From positions 73,222,001 through 73,286,000 of the forward strand of contig NC_091474.1 in the NCBI RefSeq assembly GCF_036971445.1: 64,000 nt of DNA, read 5' to 3'. The number at the start of each line of letters is the position of its first letter. Positions within the stretch are counted from its first letter, which is position 1. The translations under genes were made by a program, and so were the position numbers. Of the stretch, positions 61,201 to 64,000 are shown piece by piece. The stretch comes from Narcine bancroftii (Eukaryota). Under the pieces are notes generated by a model. The model searched no databases and was not told the origin of the DNA. It worked only from the letters and a program-made list of their open reading frames with translations.

Positions 61201-64000
61201 GTTGGGTTGCACTTGTGCAATCAGATGACAATAAATTTGACTTGTGTCCTTTCTGGCCACCTTGCTCATGGAAGGATGCGAATGAAAATGGGGTGAGGTC
61301 TTCCACTACAGTGGATAGATTCAGATAAGTTAATGCTCTCTTCAGAATAGCAGTTGAAAAGGATTTTAAGTTGCAGGTCAAAAACTATGAATGCCTCTGG
61401 CTGAGTAGATAAGGAGAAACTGTTTACAATTATTGAAGCTGGTCTAAAGAACAAGGATTCAAGTGGGTATTCAAGGGGATCAGAGGGAAGGCGAGGAGAA
61501 ATTCTTTTCTGCAGCAAGTAGTTAGGTTCTGGTTTCCTCAATGAAAGAAAATTCAATGATAAACGTGAAAAGAGAATTGAATTAATATTTAAAGCTTCAG
61601 AATTCAGTGGAGATATTCTTGTTTTCAAAAGGAAACATTCAATTAAAGTTATTGTTCAATTAAAGACTACTATCTGGAAATTCAAAACTGGTCTTACCTT
61701 TAAAATTAATTAAAGTCAACTTTGAAGATAAAGTGCAACTTGGTGTTGCACCAAGGTGACGTTCTGGAGCCGAGATGCTGCAGTGCTTCTCAGTGGTGCA
61801 CCTTTCTGATTGGAATGTGGGTAAAGCAGATTTACACATAAATATACCACATCTAGTATACATGGTGTTCCATATTGCACTGATTCCTTACACATCATAT
61901 TCCAGGACCTACACTCCCACCCCTCCACCACACAGAGCAGTGTAATCCTCTGGGAGAGGTGACAAACCAGACCAGTCAAAGAGAAAAAAAAATGTACACG
62001 TTTCTATGTAAGAAAAACAGAGGGTTATTGACTGTGAGGGAGGGAAGGGTGAGGCTGTTCATGGAGTAGATTTGCGAGAGTCAGCACAACATTGTGGGCC
62101 AAAGGGCCTGCACTGTGCTGTACTGTTCCACACCCATGCCAAAAAGTTTTCACTGATCAAAGCTGCTCCACCAGTCTGACCCAGTGTAATACACTGCCTT
62201 CCCAAGCAATCTCCAAATAGTCCATAGGTACTCCCAGCTCTCCCACGTTTACTGCTGTTCTCTCAAAGACAAGGGAACTTCAAGAGGTAATCTAGTCCTG
62301 CCCTTCTGTTCCTGATGCATGTACACACAGCATTGCAAGCCATGTTTTTCAACTACCAGCACTTCCAGATGTGTTTGAATTTGGCCATAATCAGGTGTGT
62401 GAATTGCAGTCAGGGAAAGAGTCAAACGAGTGAGATAGAACAGGTTTTGTGAAGCATTTCCTAGCCTGAGTAATGTCCCAAGAGTTGATGAGAACAAAAG
62501 ATCCTGGAATTACCAGGAATCGAAGATCAGACAACATGGAAACAGGCCCTTCTGCACACTATGTCAGCACAAACATGAAACACCCATTTACAATGGTCCT
62601 CTTTTCAATCTCCTCCCAAATTCTACAAACAAGGAGCAATTTGAAGCAGCCAAATAGAATAAATTTACTAATAGAGTAAATGCAAGATGGCTTTTTCCAT
62701 TGAGGGTAGGTGAGATACAACCCAGAGGACATGGGTTAAGGGTGAAAGGGGAAAAATTCAGGGGGAACATTCAGAGGAACTTCTTCAGAGAGCGGTGGGG
62801 GCGTGGAACAAGCTGCCAGTGAATGCAGGCTCAATTTTAACATTTAAAGAAGAACGTGGACAGGTGCATGGATGGTAAGGAGGGCTATGGACTGGGTGCA
62901 GGTCAGTGGGACTGGGCAGAATAATAGTTCACCACAGTCTAGAAGGGCCAAAGGGCCTGCTGCCCTCAAGACTCAAGTCATGTTTACAAAAAACTGTAAA
63001 GACACACAAAGAGGCATTACTGGTCAGTGGAACTATCAAGTCAACAAAGAGATGCAAAAGAGAATCCCTTCAGTGATGTGGAGTGTCCATAGATCCACGG
63101 ACACTCAATACCTCTGAAGGGACTCTCTCTTTTGATTCTCTTTCTCTTACTGGGCAATATTCACATTGACTCTGTTTGCTTTACTCCATGACAGAAAAGG
63201 AACCTTGGATCCCACCACCTGCTCCGATGCACAGTATGCAGCCTCCTGTCAGGTCCAGTGGGGACCCCAAGCTCCAGGCATCCAAGTCTCCCTGATACCA
63301 TCAGCTCCTGAAGCCCTTCAGGAGCCCTGCTCACTATCGGCCCCCTCAAGTATCCTGGTTGTCATTGTAAAGTGGCAGGAAATCAGGACACTCGGGGGTT
63401 TGCAAACTTCAAAATGGCAGTACCAGATGTTGGGACTGAACCTAGGTTGCTGGAGCTTGGGGGCAGTGGCTCTACTAGTTGCACGACTGCACCGCTTCTT
63501 AATGTCTCACTGAATGCAGTGGGGCTGGATGCTCACAGTATAACATGCAGTCATTTTGCAGAATTGATCGTTCATGTTAATCCTCTCCAACTCATTGGGT
63601 AATGAGTCGCTGTCCGTAAGGAGTTTGTACTTTCTTCCTGTGTCTGCGTGGGTTTTCCCTGGGGGCTCCAGTTTCCTCCCACCGTTCAAAATGTACGGGG
63701 GTCGTAGGGTAATTGGGTGGCTCGGGCTCATGGGCCAGAAGGAGCCTGTTACTGTGCTGTATGTCTACATTTTTTTTAAAAACTAAAAATTTAAATAAAA
63801 ATAAATTAAAATTGAAAGAAATTTCTAATATTTATTGTTCATTCCCTTTTTTGCAGTTGGAAAGAAATGTGGCAGCAAGATTATTGGCAGAGCTTGGACC
63901 AAGCTGAAGCCCTGACCACCATGATCCTTCGGAACGAGACTGACCCAAGTAAACTGTGGGATTATGTTCATGAGTCGATAATGAAGAGAAGTAAACACTA
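48616..64000 (+). CDS. FUT11: Fucosyltransferase 11 (GT10; protein O-fucosyltransferase 4), 3 exons, ~463 aa
   Basis: Exons 48616-49236, 50683-51308 and 63857-64000 join in frame. Motifs: [105 protein letters not shown]. Confidence 0.96.
49240..49705 (+). repeat. Degenerate ~28-bp tandem array (GGACTGTCAATCACCGGGGGCGG...), about 15 units
   Basis: Read directly from the start of FUT11 intron 1. Confidence 0.85.
50683..51308 (+). CDS. FUT11: FUT11 coding exon 2
   Basis: ttcacccacag|ATTGAC... alpha-1,3-FucT motif [21 protein letters not shown]; donor CG|gtaagt. Confidence 0.96.
51383..51906. mobile_element. Tc1/mariner (Tigger-like) MITE enclosing duplicated local sequence
   Basis: 24-bp TIRs CAGTAGAAGTCCAAAAATCCGGAC / GTCTGGATTTTAGGACTTCTACTG (22/24 match). 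Confidence 0.8.
53750..54820 (-). mobile_element. L1-type ORF2 C-terminal/3' end remnant
   Basis: [19 protein letters not shown] peptide; T-rich tail with TTTATT on +. Confidence 0.7.
58200..59150 (-). mobile_element. Rex1/Babar-type RT fragments interrupted by SINE/CR1 pieces
   Basis: [13 protein letters not shown]...NPLQFAY and NTIMPAKL peptides. Confidence 0.7.
60690..61245 (+). mobile_element. Rex1/Babar-type LINE 3' fragment
   Basis: [18 protein letters not shown]...[10 protein letters not shown] reading. Confidence 0.8.
62655..62960 (+). mobile_element. CR1 3' fragment
   Basis: [20 protein letters not shown] peptide plus 3' UTR. Confidence 0.75.
63857..64000 (+). CDS. FUT11: FUT11 last coding exon (final codon TA- cut by window edge, likely a stop)
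   Basis: ccttttttgcag|T TGG: [47 protein letters not shown]. Confidence 0.93.

Overview
Repeat-rich vertebrate genomic DNA, not prokaryotic. The repeat landscape (HE1/V-SINE-like SINEs, CR1, Rex1/Babar, Penelope-derived and hAT elements) points to a cartilaginous fish, probably a ray or shark (inference). Three spliced genes can be built by hand. (1) The 5' end of a WDFY4-like BEACH gene on the minus strand: three coding exons plus a probable UTR exon, running off the left edge. (2) A complete 10-exon, ~550-aa ankyrin-repeat + DHHC palmitoyltransferase gene (+, 23324-40097) of the ZDHHC13/ZDHHC17/Akr1 type, whose frame only closes if intron 8 is a U12-type AT-AC intron. (3) FUT11 (POFUT4) in three exons (+, 48616-64000). 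Notable structures include an RTE LINE with a 5' inversion and 12-bp TSD (twin-priming geometry), a Tc1/mariner-type MITE enclosing a copy of nearby sequence (Pack-TIR-like), a Chapaev3-like element, a solo LTR inside a hAT transposase remnant, an array of PBX/PKNOX-type decamers in FUT11 intron 1, and an orphan CpG island with a duplicated exon-like unit. All protein assignments rest on remembered family motifs, not database searches, and repeat boundaries are approximate unless a TSD or TIR is quoted.
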